A stretch of DNA of 64,000 bases. It comes from Prevotella sp. (lineage in GTDB: Bacteria; Bacteroidota; Bacteroidia; Bacteroidales; Bacteroidaceae). The notes under the pieces are model-generated. The model saw only the letters and a list, made by a program, of their open reading frames with translations, had not been told where the DNA came from and did no database searches. Each line of letters opens with the position of its first letter. Position 1 is the first letter of the stretch. Position numbers and translations under genes: made by a program. The stretch covers positions 6,465-70,464 of the forward strand of contig DAWDAD010000007.1 in the NCBI GenBank assembly GCA_052356385.1, given 5' to 3'. This document shows, one piece after another, positions 1 through 9,362 of the stretch.

Positions 1-39
1 TCTTAGGAAAAGTCTTGGTTGTTATTAGGAAAAAATGTA

Positions 40-330
40 CTATTTGCCTAATAGAAAGTTTCGTTCAGCGACGTTGAATGTACGTTCAACGTCGCTGAAA
101 ACATAAAAGAAAGTAAACACGATGGCAATAAGACTGAGGGCGCCTCCTACAAGTGCCAGGAGCAGCAACGCTATGCCCATTAATACTCCAGTTTCTTCCT
201 TTTCTGTACTTTGTTGAGTTCCTGCTGGTGCTTGTATATCCTCTTTCTGGGCATCTGCGTTAGAGGCTTGTTTCCCTTTCTGTTGGGCAACGGCAGCCAG
301 TTCCGTCTTTTCATTCTTGCCGTCATCAAC
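40..330 (-). pseudogene. Fragment of a membrane-anchored protein gene (low-complexity linker plus TM helix)
   Basis: Frame DDGKNEKTEL...VLMGIALLLLALVGGALSLIAIVFTFF has no credible start; the ORF N-terminus is antisense to the LuxR remnant and its C-terminus runs through the 64-99 palindrome. Confidence 0.45.
64..99. repeat. Perfect 15-bp inverted repeat (REP-like palindrome)
   Basis: ttcagcgacgttgaa-tgtacg-ttcaacgtcgctgaa. Confidence 0.75.
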
Positions 331-441
331 AATACCGTAGAATTTCACCGCCACAACTTGATGAGCAAACTGCAAGCAAGCAATGTGGCAAATATGGTGA
401 AAAAGGCGATGCAGATGGGGTTGGCGTTCATCAAGCATTGA
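325..441 (+). pseudogene. C-terminal remnant of a LuxR/NarL-type HTH regulator
   Basis: INNTVEFHRHNLMSKLQASNVANMVKKAMQMGL fits the LuxR HTH second half; upstream part of the ORF does not look coding. Confidence 0.7.
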
Positions 442-621
442 AAACTATCTTATTTTTCAAATAAAAAGATTAATGAGCAAACTGATGACTTTTCCTCGTA
501 TAAGTATAAATACTTCTAATTTTAACAAAAATATAGCGCATAATTAGTTGGGGATTCATAAAAAATAGGTAATTTTGCAACCGGCAATTGAATACAAAGT
601 TAATATTAAAAATAAAGAACT

Positions 622-906
622 ATGATTAGATTAAATGTATTTTTTGAGAAGAAGGAGGAGGTAAAGGTTGAGGAAATCAACGCTTTATGCAAGGAACTGG
701 TAGAGAAGTCTTTGAAGGACAATGGCAATATTGCCTACGACTATTTCACCAGTGGAACTCGCAATGGTGTGATGATTATTTGCGAGACATGGGAGAACGA
801 GGAGGTTCTGAAAGCTCACATGGCTTCTGAGCATTTCACCACATTGGTTCCAAAGATTGAAGCTCTTACCAAGAATGGCTTGAAACTGGAGCAGTTCACT
901 TTCTAA
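622..906 (+). CDS. ABM-family putative quinol monooxygenase
   Basis: 94 aa; DNGNIAYD...ICETWENEEVLKAHMASEHF; TAATTTTG -7 box at 570-577. Confidence 0.85.
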   Translation: MIRLNVFFEKKEEVKVEEINALCKELVEKSLKDNGNIAYDYFTSGTRNGVMIICETWENEEVLKAHMASEHFTTLVPKIEALTKNGLKLEQFTF

Positions 907-916
907 ATCTTTTCAG

Positions 917-963
917 ACATCAGCCAGTGATGATACATTTTCTTCTTCATCACCGGCTGATGT
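917..963 (+). terminator. Stem-loop after ABM gene
   Basis: acatcagccagtgatga ... tcatcaccggctgatgt. Confidence 0.6.
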
Positions 964-1020
964 TCTGCATTATATATTTCTACATAATATATAAAAGGTC
1001 TATTTTTATCTTATTGGCGT

Positions 1021-1779
1021 ATGGAAAAGAAAATACCTGTCATTCTTCTGAACTTTACTGGCGTATATAACTTAGAGGCATTTGCCTCAAACAAGAATAT
1101 CATCCACGTGGATTGCCAGGATATGAAGGGGGTGGATTGCTATTGTGATGAAGAAGGCAGGGAAGAACTGCATCGTCGGCTTGCTCCTTTTCCTGCCGAG
1201 GCAATTCATTTCATAGACTCCGGTGATTTTCATTATCTCACAGAATATTGGGTATCCAGACTCCAGGAACCTTTTTCCCTGATCGTTTTCGATCATCATC
1301 CTGATATGCAACAACCGGAATGGGAGGGTGTAGTATCATGTGGCGGCTGGGTGAAAGATGTGTTGGAGAAGAACCCGCTTGTCAGACATATTATTATTGT
1401 TGGGGCATCGGATGAGTTGATTGCTCAAGTGCCTATTCATCTGAGAGAAAAGGTCTTGTTCTATAGTCAGGCTGAAATGAATCACCATCAGGCATGGCCC
1501 TCCAAGGCTGGTAAGCTCATACACGAGCCTGTCTATATTTCCATCGATAAGGATGTCTTAAGAAAGCAGGATGCCATCACGGATTGGAGCAATGGCAACA
1601 TGACGCTTATACAGCTACAGGCCGTGCTTCGTATTATCTATGCCCATGAGAATGTGATTGGCATAGATATTACCGGAGAGTGTTCTGCTACTCTTGATTA
1701 TTTTACTGAAGTTGAAGATGCTGCGATAAACAACAAGACTAATGTTGAACTGATGCAGATGATCTTGGCCGAAAGTTAG
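1021..1779 (+). CDS. Arginase/ureohydrolase-fold family protein
   Basis: SGDFHY, FDHHPD, YISIDKDVL, GIDITGE motifs. Confidence 0.75.
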   Translation: MEKKIPVILLNFTGVYNLEAFASNKNIIHVDCQDMKGVDCYCDEEGREELHRRLAPFPAEAIHFIDSGDFHYLTEYWVSRLQEPFSLIVFDHHPDMQQPEWEGVVSCGGWVKDVLEKNPLVRHIIIVGASDELIAQVPIHLREKVLFYSQAEMNHHQAWPSKAGKLIHEPVYISIDKDVLRKQDAITDWSNGNMTLIQLQAVLRIIYAHENVIGIDITGECSATLDYFTEVEDAAINNKTNVELMQMILAES

Positions 1780-2321
1780 ATTACTTCTGTGAGCTTACCC
1801 GTCTGGGAATCGATGATATAACCATGCAGATTGACATCCTTTGGTACAAGAGGGTGAGTACGGATGGTATCAATCGTATTTCTTACAGAATCCTCGGTGT
1901 CGTGGAAGCCCTCCAGCCAATGGTCTAGGTTGATGCCGCAAAGTCCGATGGTGTCGATAACATCCTGATGGATGCCACGTTTGAGCATCAATTCCTTCAT
2001 CTGCTGTCCGTTCATGTGGCAGGCACCGCAGTTGGAGTGGGCGATGACCATGATTTCCTTTACACCCAGTTCGTAAATGGCAACCAGGAGGCTGCGCATG
2101 GCGGAATCGAATGGACTGATAACCAGTCCACCGGCATTCTTGATGAGCTTGGCATCTCCATTCTTCAATCCCAATGCTGCCGGCAGAAGCTCTGTCAGGC
2201 GGGTATCCATACAGGAAAGGATGGCAAGCTTCTTGTCTGGGTATTTGCTCGTAAGATACTTCTCGTAGTCCTTGTTGGCTACGAATTCCTCGTTATACTT
2301 GATAATTTCCTCTATAATCAT
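1776..2321 (-). CDS. Beta-class carbonic anhydrase
   Basis: CMDTR, KNAGG, HSNCG zinc-ligand motifs. Confidence 0.92.
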   Translation of the reverse strand: MIIEEIIKYNEEFVANKDYEKYLTSKYPDKKLAILSCMDTRLTELLPAALGLKNGDAKLIKNAGGLVISPFDSAMRSLLVAIYELGVKEIMVIAHSNCGACHMNGQQMKELMLKRGIHQDVIDTIGLCGINLDHWLEGFHDTEDSVRNTIDTIRTHPLVPKDVNLHGYIIDSQTGKLTEVI

Positions 2322-2354
2322 AGTAGTGCAAATGAAATGTGAAACGAATTTTTC

Positions 2355-3077
2355 CTATTTCTCAGGGGTAGGCTTGAGATAAGCCATGAATTTCTCCGGC
2401 TGATAGTTGAGAATCAGCTCTTCCGGGAACTCTGCTTTCTCTACCAGTGGCATGATGTTGCTGTAGTCGGCAATCATGGCAGAGAAGTGGGCATCACTTC
2501 CGAAGATGACAGGTGTCTCGTATTTCTTGGCAAGTTCCAGCAGTTCCAGGTTATTAGGAGCTGCCACCGTTTTGTGACGGATGGGAGCCATGGAGTGATT
2601 GTTGATTTCGAGCAAGGTATGCGTCTCCTTGGAAACCTTCATCAGAGCCTCGAAATCCAGTTCTGCCGTTCCATCTCCAGGATGGGAGATAATCTGCACG
2701 AATGGATTGCGCATGGCGTTGATGACTCCCTGCGTGTTCTCTTCCTTGGTTCCTCCCTGCCAGCAAAGGCTATGAATGCCAGCGATTCGGATATCAAGTA
2801 TGCGCCAGTAATCCTCATCGAGGTCAATATCGCCCTTGGTATTGAGGATGTTGAGTTCTGCTCCCAGCATCAGCTTGATTCCATAGAGCTGACGGGGAAC
2901 GCAATGCAGGTTTCTGAAATAGATGGGATCACAGGTGCCTGGAATATGAGGTCCGTGCTCTGTGATTCCCAGTATTTCCAACCCCTTTTCTTTTGCAGCC
3001 ATGGTCATTTCCTGCAAACTGCTGAAGGCATGACCCGATGCTATGGTATGTGTATGAACGTCTAATAATGTTTTCAT
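2355..3077 (-). CDS. PHP-domain phosphatase (YcdX-like)
   Basis: DVHTHTIASGHA, ITEHGP, SHPG, GSDAH. Confidence 0.9.
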   Translation of the reverse strand: MKTLLDVHTHTIASGHAFSSLQEMTMAAKEKGLEILGITEHGPHIPGTCDPIYFRNLHCVPRQLYGIKLMLGAELNILNTKGDIDLDEDYWRILDIRIAGIHSLCWQGGTKEENTQGVINAMRNPFVQIISHPGDGTAELDFEALMKVSKETHTLLEINNHSMAPIRHKTVAAPNNLELLELAKKYETPVIFGSDAHFSAMIADYSNIMPLVEKAEFPEELILNYQPEKFMAYLKPTPEK

Positions 3078-3167
3078 ACTGCAAAGGTACGGATATTTTG
3101 CGAATTAGTTTATTTCTCCATGATTAAAAAACATTTTTTTCTTCGAAAATAGATGTTTTCCCACTTT

Positions 3168-4370
3168 TTACGCCTCCTCCTTCTTCGTTTTAGGAAGTAC
3201 GAGGTTGAGAATCACGCCGATGACGGCAGAGAGACCGATGCCGGAAATGGCGAAGGAACCGGAGGAGAGGACGGCACCACCCAAGCCCATCGTCAGCATC
3301 ACCGAGATGATGATGACATTGCGGGTTTCATTCATATCTACCTTGTTCTGCATCAGATTCTGAACACCCACACTGGCGATGGTGCCGAAAAGAAGCAGCA
3401 TGATGCCACCTAATACCGCTTGAGGTATGCTCTGCAGCAAGGCACTCAATTTGCCCACGATAGAGAAACAGATGGCGGTGGCTGCGGATATGCGAATCAC
3501 GGCAGGACTTGTGACCTTGGTGATAGACATCGCTCCCGTTACTTCAGAATAAGTAGTCTCAGGAGGACCACCCAGGAAGGCGGAACAGAGACACGCCACT
3601 CCATCGCCCAACATCGTGCGATGCAATCCCGGATCTGCCACGAAATCCTTCTTCGCCACGGTGCTCACCACATACACGTCGCCGATATGTTCCAGCACCG
3701 GTGCTATCGCCACGGGTAACATATAGAGAAATGGCGCCCAGGAGAAATGGGTGATGGTATCGAAGCTTACCGGACAGGAGAACCACGAAGCCGCTGCTAC
3801 ATCCGAGAAATCTACCTCGCCCATGCAGATGGCGATGACGTAACCCACGATAACGCCCGAAATGATAGGCACCAGCTTCATCAGTCCCTTGCAGAAGGTA
3901 AGTACCAGGATGGCGGTGATAAGCGATGCGAAGGCGAGAACCCAGTTGGTCTTAGCCATATTCACAGCGCTGCCCGAAAGGGAAAGACCGATAAGGATGA
4001 TGGCGGGTCCGATGACTACCGGAGGAAAAATCTTATCCAGCAGTTTCTTGCCCTGCCATTTTACTAGGGCGCTCATGATGAAATACACCAGGGAGACGCT
4101 GGTAAGTCCGGCGATGGTTCCCGGAAGTCCCCACTGCTTGGTGGCAGCGATGATAGGAGCGATGAAGGCGAAGGAACTGCCCAGGAAGATAGGCACCTTG
4201 CCCTTGGTGATGAAGTGAAAGAGAAAGGTTCCCACACCTGCGGTGAAGAGAGCCGTTGCCGGATCGATGCCTATCAGGAGAGGCACCAGAACCGTTGCAC
4301 CGAAAGCCACAAATAGGAATTGTACTCCCACAAGGGTTTTCTTGGTCATAGAAAGTTGTTCTGTATTCAT
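3168..4370 (-). CDS. uraA: Uracil/xanthine permease (NCS2, UraA/PyrP-like)
   Basis: GVQFLFVAFGATVLVP, LGSSFAFI, EHIGD, TTYSE; multi-TM. Confidence 0.88.
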   Translation of the reverse strand: MNTEQLSMTKKTLVGVQFLFVAFGATVLVPLLIGIDPATALFTAGVGTFLFHFITKGKVPIFLGSSFAFIAPIIAATKQWGLPGTIAGLTSVSLVYFIMSALVKWQGKKLLDKIFPPVVIGPAIILIGLSLSGSAVNMAKTNWVLAFASLITAILVLTFCKGLMKLVPIISGVIVGYVIAICMGEVDFSDVAAASWFSCPVSFDTITHFSWAPFLYMLPVAIAPVLEHIGDVYVVSTVAKKDFVADPGLHRTMLGDGVACLCSAFLGGPPETTYSEVTGAMSITKVTSPAVIRISAATAICFSIVGKLSALLQSIPQAVLGGIMLLLFGTIASVGVQNLMQNKVDMNETRNVIIISVMLTMGLGGAVLSSGSFAISGIGLSAVIGVILNLVLPKTKKEEA

Positions 4371-4470
4371 TATTATTGTTATATGAAAATGATTTTTGTT
4401 TCTGTTTATAGCTTGCTAAATCTTTGCAAAAATACGAATAAAGTTTGAAAATACCAAGAATCTCTTTCTT

Positions 4471-4531
4471 TTATTTCGCAAATCCTTTCTTTTTCTTCAC
4501 TCTCTTTCCAACGAAGTTCCAGGATGACATC
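4471..4531 (-). pseudogene. Diverged copy of the MFS gene 3' end
   Basis: Translates MSSWNFVGKRVKKKKGFAK* versus MPSWNFVGKRMKKKKGFAK* at 7778-7838. Confidence 0.9.
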
Positions 4532-4636
4532 TCTGAATTTCCCCTTGTGATACTAAATATTTGCCGAAAAAGTTGGCTGTTATTATTTCTTTATGTAACT
4601 TTGCCGCAACTATTTTGTTTTAGTTAATTAAAAAAT

Positions 4637-7570
4637 ATGTTTTATATGGACAAAAAAAGAATATTGGAATATCTCATTAAGATAATTAAAATCAAAAGCG
4701 GTATCGATTTTAAAAAGGAAAAGCCTTTGAAATTAGATGAATCTTCTAACTTCGAAAATGGCTTTTTGGGTAGAGAAATTTATGAAAAACTTTTTCAAAT
4801 CTATGATGAAAAAAATAAGCAGAAAAAGATAAAGGATACAAAGGAAGATGATCTAAAAGTGCTGGTTTTGCCTAAAATTATCAAAAGCGAAAGACTTATT
4901 GATGAAATGAATAAAGAAGGGAAGATATGTCATGAGACAGACGTACTAGATATACCAGTTCTTTATATTCCAGCTATTCTTGATATGAATGGACAATTAA
5001 AGGTCAATACAACTAAGACTCCATGGATACCGATTGAGATTTTGGCTCCTTTTGGAAATAATGTTTCTATTGGTGAATGGAAAGATAAAGATTTCAATCT
5101 AACAGAAGGTATCAGCAATAAAAATGAAATTCTTTGGGATAAATATATTGCTAAGGTGAAGGAATATTACAAATTTCAGATAGAAAATGACTGGGATTCT
5201 ACATTCCTTAAAAATTCTGAAAAGAAAAACAGTTACTATGAGATTTATCCTTCTGCATGGATTATTTTGGATGAAACAGTGGAAGCTTATGGCAAGATAC
5301 TCGAATTATATCATTTCTTGTTTGAGCATATTGATGAAAATATGAAATCGGTTCCATTACTCAACAAGCTGCTTTTTCCTTCAAAAGATACCGAAGAAGG
5401 TTTATATGGAGAATTGAATATTAAATCAATGAAAAAACATTTAGGAGTTATGAGTGGTAAATGGCCTCTTTCTCCTTCTCAAAGAGAATCACTTCATCAT
5501 TTGAATGAAACGAAAGATGGAGAGATTTTAGCAGTGTCAGGTCCTCCGGGAACAGGTAAGACAACACTTTTACAAAGTGTTGTTGCTGATTTGTTTGTCA
5601 AACATGCAAAAGAAGGTCTGAAAGCTCCCATCATTGTAGCAACTTCTACTAATAACAAAGCTGTTACCAATATAATGGATTCTTTTGCAAATGTGGTAGA
5701 GGAAGATTCTGATAAGAATGAAAAGAGAAAGTTGTTAGAAAGAAGATGGATTGGACTATCTTCTTTTTCGGTATATTTTCCTTCTGATGCTAAGAAGAAT
5801 GATCCACATTTTAAGACGAATAAAGAAGGTGGTATAGATTATGAGAGTATAGAACATAAAAATAATAGCCAAGCAGAAAACGAAAAATTTGAGGAATTTA
5901 AGAATACGTTCCAGGAGTGTTGTGATAAATGTTATCATATAAAAAATACTAATGAGAACTCCTATTGGGAGGGTGTAATGAAGTATCTTCAAGATGAAAT
6001 TCAAAAGCGTGAATCGAAATTAAAAGAAATATTATCTGCTGTTGAAAAGCCGACGGTTCAATATAGTAATCAGAAAAAAAAGACATTATGTCAGAAGTTC
6101 TTGAGCTTTTTAGGTTTTTATAAATCTGAAGCTCAGCCCGATTCCTCTAATAGAAAACTTGAGAATCTATTAGAGAGTCTGAACGAATTTGGATTCGATT
6201 ATAAGGAGAAACTTTTGCATATAACAAAAAGTCTTCATAAAGATGATAAAAAAGTTAAAGATATCCCCGAAAATGGTATTAGTGAGTTGAGTGCTGTGGG
6301 GCTTGAAGAAATAAATGGTATTTTAGATATACCGTTAAGATATCAGATGTTTTGGCTTGCAGTTCATTATTATGAGGCTAGTTGGTTAATGGCAAATGAT
6401 TGTCTAGATGAAAGAAAATATACCTATAAATATTTAAGCATCCAAGACAAAAGATTCCATAGAATGGCAAAGATTACACCTTGTATGGTGATGACATTCT
6501 TTAAATTGCCAGATGTCTTTAGGGGAGCATTAGATAGAACAAGGAATTCAAATCAATCGGGAAAAATGAAAATATCGAAAGAATCTGATGATTTAAAACA
6601 GTTACCATATATGCGGAACATAGATCTTTTGATTGTAGATGAAGCAGGACAGGTCGCTCCAGAATTGGCCATTCCTTCATTTGCCTTAGCCAAGAAGGCT
6701 ATCGTCGTAGGTGATGTGCATCAAATACCACCAGTGTATTCTGTTAGTGAGGTCGTAGATTATGAAATGCATAAGAAAATTCTTGGTAAGGATTCAATAG
6801 AAAATATATCGGAGTTCTTAACTCTTCCTTTAAACTGCTCTTCTTCAAGCTTGATGTCTTTGGCAACAAGTGCATGCAAGTTTCAAAAGAAAGGGGAGAG
6901 AGGAATGTTTCTTAGTGAGCATAGACGTTGTTACAAAGAAATCATTAGCTTCTGCAATGAGTTGGTTTATCATGGACGTCTGAATCCTCGTAGGCCAGAT
7001 GAGTTTGAAAATGATAGATTCTTAGGTCCAAACTGTCCTGTCATGGGGTCTTTTCATGTTAGTCATCAGAACTCTGAGGTTGATGGTGAGAGTAGAATTT
7101 GCATGCAAGAGGCTGAAGCTATTGCAAAATGGATAGACCAAAATTTTGAAGAGATAAGGAATACATATTCGAAAGATGGTAAATTTGCGATAGAAAAAAC
7201 AATTTCGGTTATTACGCCATTTAAGGCTCAGGTGGACAAGATAAAAGTAGCTTTAGAAGAAGTGTCTAAGAAGCATAAGGTTGGAAAGATTCCTTGTGGA
7301 ACAGTACATACTTTCCAAGGTGCAGAGAGCAAGATAGTTATATTCTCTACTGTATATGGTCGTCAAGAGGGGTGGAAGTTTATCAAGGAGAATGACAATC
7401 TGATAAATGTAGCAGTTTCTAGAGCAAAAGATTATTTTTTCACCTTTGGCGAAAGATCAATTGGAGGCTGTACAGATAATGAGGATGATAAGGATAAAAA
7501 TGTGGCTCAACTCTTGCTAAAATATACAAAGACAGAGATTCCTGCCCAAATTATAAAGGTTCCTCTATAA
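4637..7570 (+). CDS. SF1 DNA2/NAM7(UPF1)-like helicase (YjhR-like), AT-rich
   Basis: GPPGTGKT, STNNKAV, IVDEAGQ, VGDVHQIPP, LSEHRRC, ITPFKAQ, GTVHTFQGAE, NVAVSRAK; own TAACTTTG -7 box at 4596-4603. Confidence 0.85.
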   Translation: MFYMDKKRILEYLIKIIKIKSGIDFKKEKPLKLDESSNFENGFLGREIYEKLFQIYDEKNKQKKIKDTKEDDLKVLVLPKIIKSERLIDEMNKEGKICHETDVLDIPVLYIPAILDMNGQLKVNTTKTPWIPIEILAPFGNNVSIGEWKDKDFNLTEGISNKNEILWDKYIAKVKEYYKFQIENDWDSTFLKNSEKKNSYYEIYPSAWIILDETVEAYGKILELYHFLFEHIDENMKSVPLLNKLLFPSKDTEEGLYGELNIKSMKKHLGVMSGKWPLSPSQRESLHHLNETKDGEILAVSGPPGTGKTTLLQSVVADLFVKHAKEGLKAPIIVATSTNNKAVTNIMDSFANVVEEDSDKNEKRKLLERRWIGLSSFSVYFPSDAKKNDPHFKTNKEGGIDYESIEHKNNSQAENEKFEEFKNTFQECCDKCYHIKNTNENSYWEGVMKYLQDEIQKRESKLKEILSAVEKPTVQYSNQKKKTLCQKFLSFLGFYKSEAQPDSSNRKLENLLESLNEFGFDYKEKLLHITKSLHKDDKKVKDIPENGISELSAVGLEEINGILDIPLRYQMFWLAVHYYEASWLMANDCLDERKYTYKYLSIQDKRFHRMAKITPCMVMTFFKLPDVFRGALDRTRNSNQSGKMKISKESDDLKQLPYMRNIDLLIVDEAGQVAPELAIPSFALAKKAIVVGDVHQIPPVYSVSEVVDYEMHKKILGKDSIENISEFLTLPLNCSSSSLMSLATSACKFQKKGERGMFLSEHRRCYKEIISFCNELVYHGRLNPRRPDEFENDRFLGPNCPVMGSFHVSHQNSEVDGESRICMQEAEAIAKWIDQNFEEIRNTYSKDGKFAIEKTISVITPFKAQVDKIKVALEEVSKKHKVGKIPCGTVHTFQGAESKIVIFSTVYGRQEGWKFIKENDNLINVAVSRAKDYFFTFGERSIGGCTDNEDDKDKNVAQLLLKYTKTEIPAQIIKVPL

Positions 7571-7709
7571 AATATGATGAGGAACATCTAGGTAAATTGT
7601 ATCGATTCACAAATCTGCAAGAATCTTGCAATCTAGTTGGGGCATTACTCTTGTAAAGGGGAAAAACTTTGAAAACTATCTCATAATCAAAGATTTTCCC
7701 CTTTTTTCT

Positions 7710-7777
7710 TTACACCTCTTCCTTCTTCGATTTAGGAAGTACGAGGTTGATAATCACGCCGATGGCAGAACCAATGA
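7710..7777 (-). pseudogene. Diverged copy of the uraA 3' end
   Basis: Translates IGSAIGVIINLVLPKSKKEEV* versus IGLSAVIGVILNLVLPKTKKEEA* at 3168-3240. Confidence 0.9.
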
Positions 7778-9319
7778 CTATTTCGCAAATCCTTTCTTTT
7801 TTTTCATCCTCTTACCCACGAAGTTCCAGGAAGGCATCTTCTTCAGGGTACTTCTCACGGGCTGTACATCCCAGAGTAGGAAGATAATCAGCACGGCAAT
7901 GCCGATGAGGCAGGTGATGCCATAGAGATTCCGGATGCTGAGCATCAGAAGATTGGTGGCATCGTAGGGCAAACCGCGCGACATGTTGTCTGCCATCTGA
8001 TAACGGAGCCCGAAACTGTAAAGGCCTGAGCACATCGCCGACATCGGACCATTGCGGATGATGCCTGCCATCGTCAATCCCATGAAGAAATGCTGGAACG
8101 GCATCAGTTCTTCCAGATACACGGTGAGCATGCAGAAGAAGATGGCGTTGCCGAAGCTCCGCAGGAAGCAAGGCAGATAAAGTGCCTCTATGTTGAGACC
8201 CGGATCGATGAGGAAATACATCATCACGGGATAGCATACCATCGTTGCTACACCTATCGTGAGCAGACGGGTGTATTTCTGACAGAGCACCTTGCACCAG
8301 AAAAGGCAGAAGAGGCAACCGGCGATGGCTCCAGTCCATTCCACGAAGTTGAGCACATTGGTTGTGATGGCACCGAAATGCAGCACGCCACCCGTAAAGG
8401 CGGTTTGCAGCACTTTAGGTGTACTGCCCATGAACTCTACGAAGGCGAAGAGAATGAGCAGCGGGATGAGTCGCTTATACTTCCATGCCGCCGGAGCGAT
8501 GTAAGGGTGACGGATGTGGAGCATTCGCTGGATGCAGAAATATCCGGTAAATATAAAGAGCAATACATCCATCTGCATGATCTTCGAATCGAGCCAGTTG
8601 TAGTGCTCGCCATAGGTGAAGAAGAAGATGAACTCCAGCATCCATGCCGACCACAGGATGCAGCCCAGATAGTCGATACTGATGAAGGGCATGGGTTTCA
8701 TGAAGCGGAAGTCGTGGGTGGTGACGTACACGATGAATGCCACCAGAAGCAGGGCTCCCGTCATCGCCCAGTTGATGATGCGCCAATCCTGATAGATATA
8801 AATCAGGTGTTCGGTAATCCAAGGCGAGAGGAACATGTTTCCCAGTACGATGCAGTAGAGCAGGGGGAAGAAGATGGTGAAATCGCGCTTGGAGGTCATC
8901 CACAACTGGATGGTGCTCATACATTCGAAGGTTCCGCAGAGCTTGAAGAAGCCTGCGATGTAAGCGAGAATGCACATCAAGGATACCGAGTCGGTCCACA
9001 TGATGAGGAAATTACAGGTTGCCACTACCAGTGCCGCATTCAGCAGAAGCTGACGGTTGGTAAAGTGGAACTTCATCTTGAAGAGGAAGGGGAATGGCAT
9101 CGCCACGCCCACCACGTTGAACATGATGATCATGAGCACGTCTTCTCTCATCAAACTGTACTCGCCCATCACCTGGCTCATGGCTCCTCCATAGATTCCG
9201 CCCGACATCAGGAAGATGAAGGCGAAGAGGAGATAAATCCAAGGCTGTAACCGGCGAGGAATATATCCATTGAACGATGGAACCCGGAAGGGTCCCTGAA
9301 GCATTGGAGGTCCTGGCAT
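7778..9319 (-). CDS. MFS efflux permease (EmrB/DHA2-like)
   Basis: 513 aa, about 14 hydrophobic segments; downstream of HlyD and TolC genes. Confidence 0.8.
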   Translation of the reverse strand: MPGPPMLQGPFRVPSFNGYIPRRLQPWIYLLFAFIFLMSGGIYGGAMSQVMGEYSLMREDVLMIIMFNVVGVAMPFPFLFKMKFHFTNRQLLLNAALVVATCNFLIMWTDSVSLMCILAYIAGFFKLCGTFECMSTIQLWMTSKRDFTIFFPLLYCIVLGNMFLSPWITEHLIYIYQDWRIINWAMTGALLLVAFIVYVTTHDFRFMKPMPFISIDYLGCILWSAWMLEFIFFFTYGEHYNWLDSKIMQMDVLLFIFTGYFCIQRMLHIRHPYIAPAAWKYKRLIPLLILFAFVEFMGSTPKVLQTAFTGGVLHFGAITTNVLNFVEWTGAIAGCLFCLFWCKVLCQKYTRLLTIGVATMVCYPVMMYFLIDPGLNIEALYLPCFLRSFGNAIFFCMLTVYLEELMPFQHFFMGLTMAGIIRNGPMSAMCSGLYSFGLRYQMADNMSRGLPYDATNLLMLSIRNLYGITCLIGIAVLIIFLLWDVQPVRSTLKKMPSWNFVGKRMKKKKGFAK

Positions 9320-9321
9320 TT

Positions 9322-9356
9322 TCTATAATTTATAGTTTATAATTTATAGTTTATAG
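9322..9356. repeat. Heptamer tandem repeat x5
   Basis: tctataa tttatag tttataa tttatag tttatag. Confidence 0.8.
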
Positions 9357-9362
9357 AACATT

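Noticed and set aside
4445..4627. 60-aa ORF, and the 99-aa ORF at 7626-7925, which share FANPFFFF
   Set aside because: Antisense read-through of the duplicated gene-end fragments
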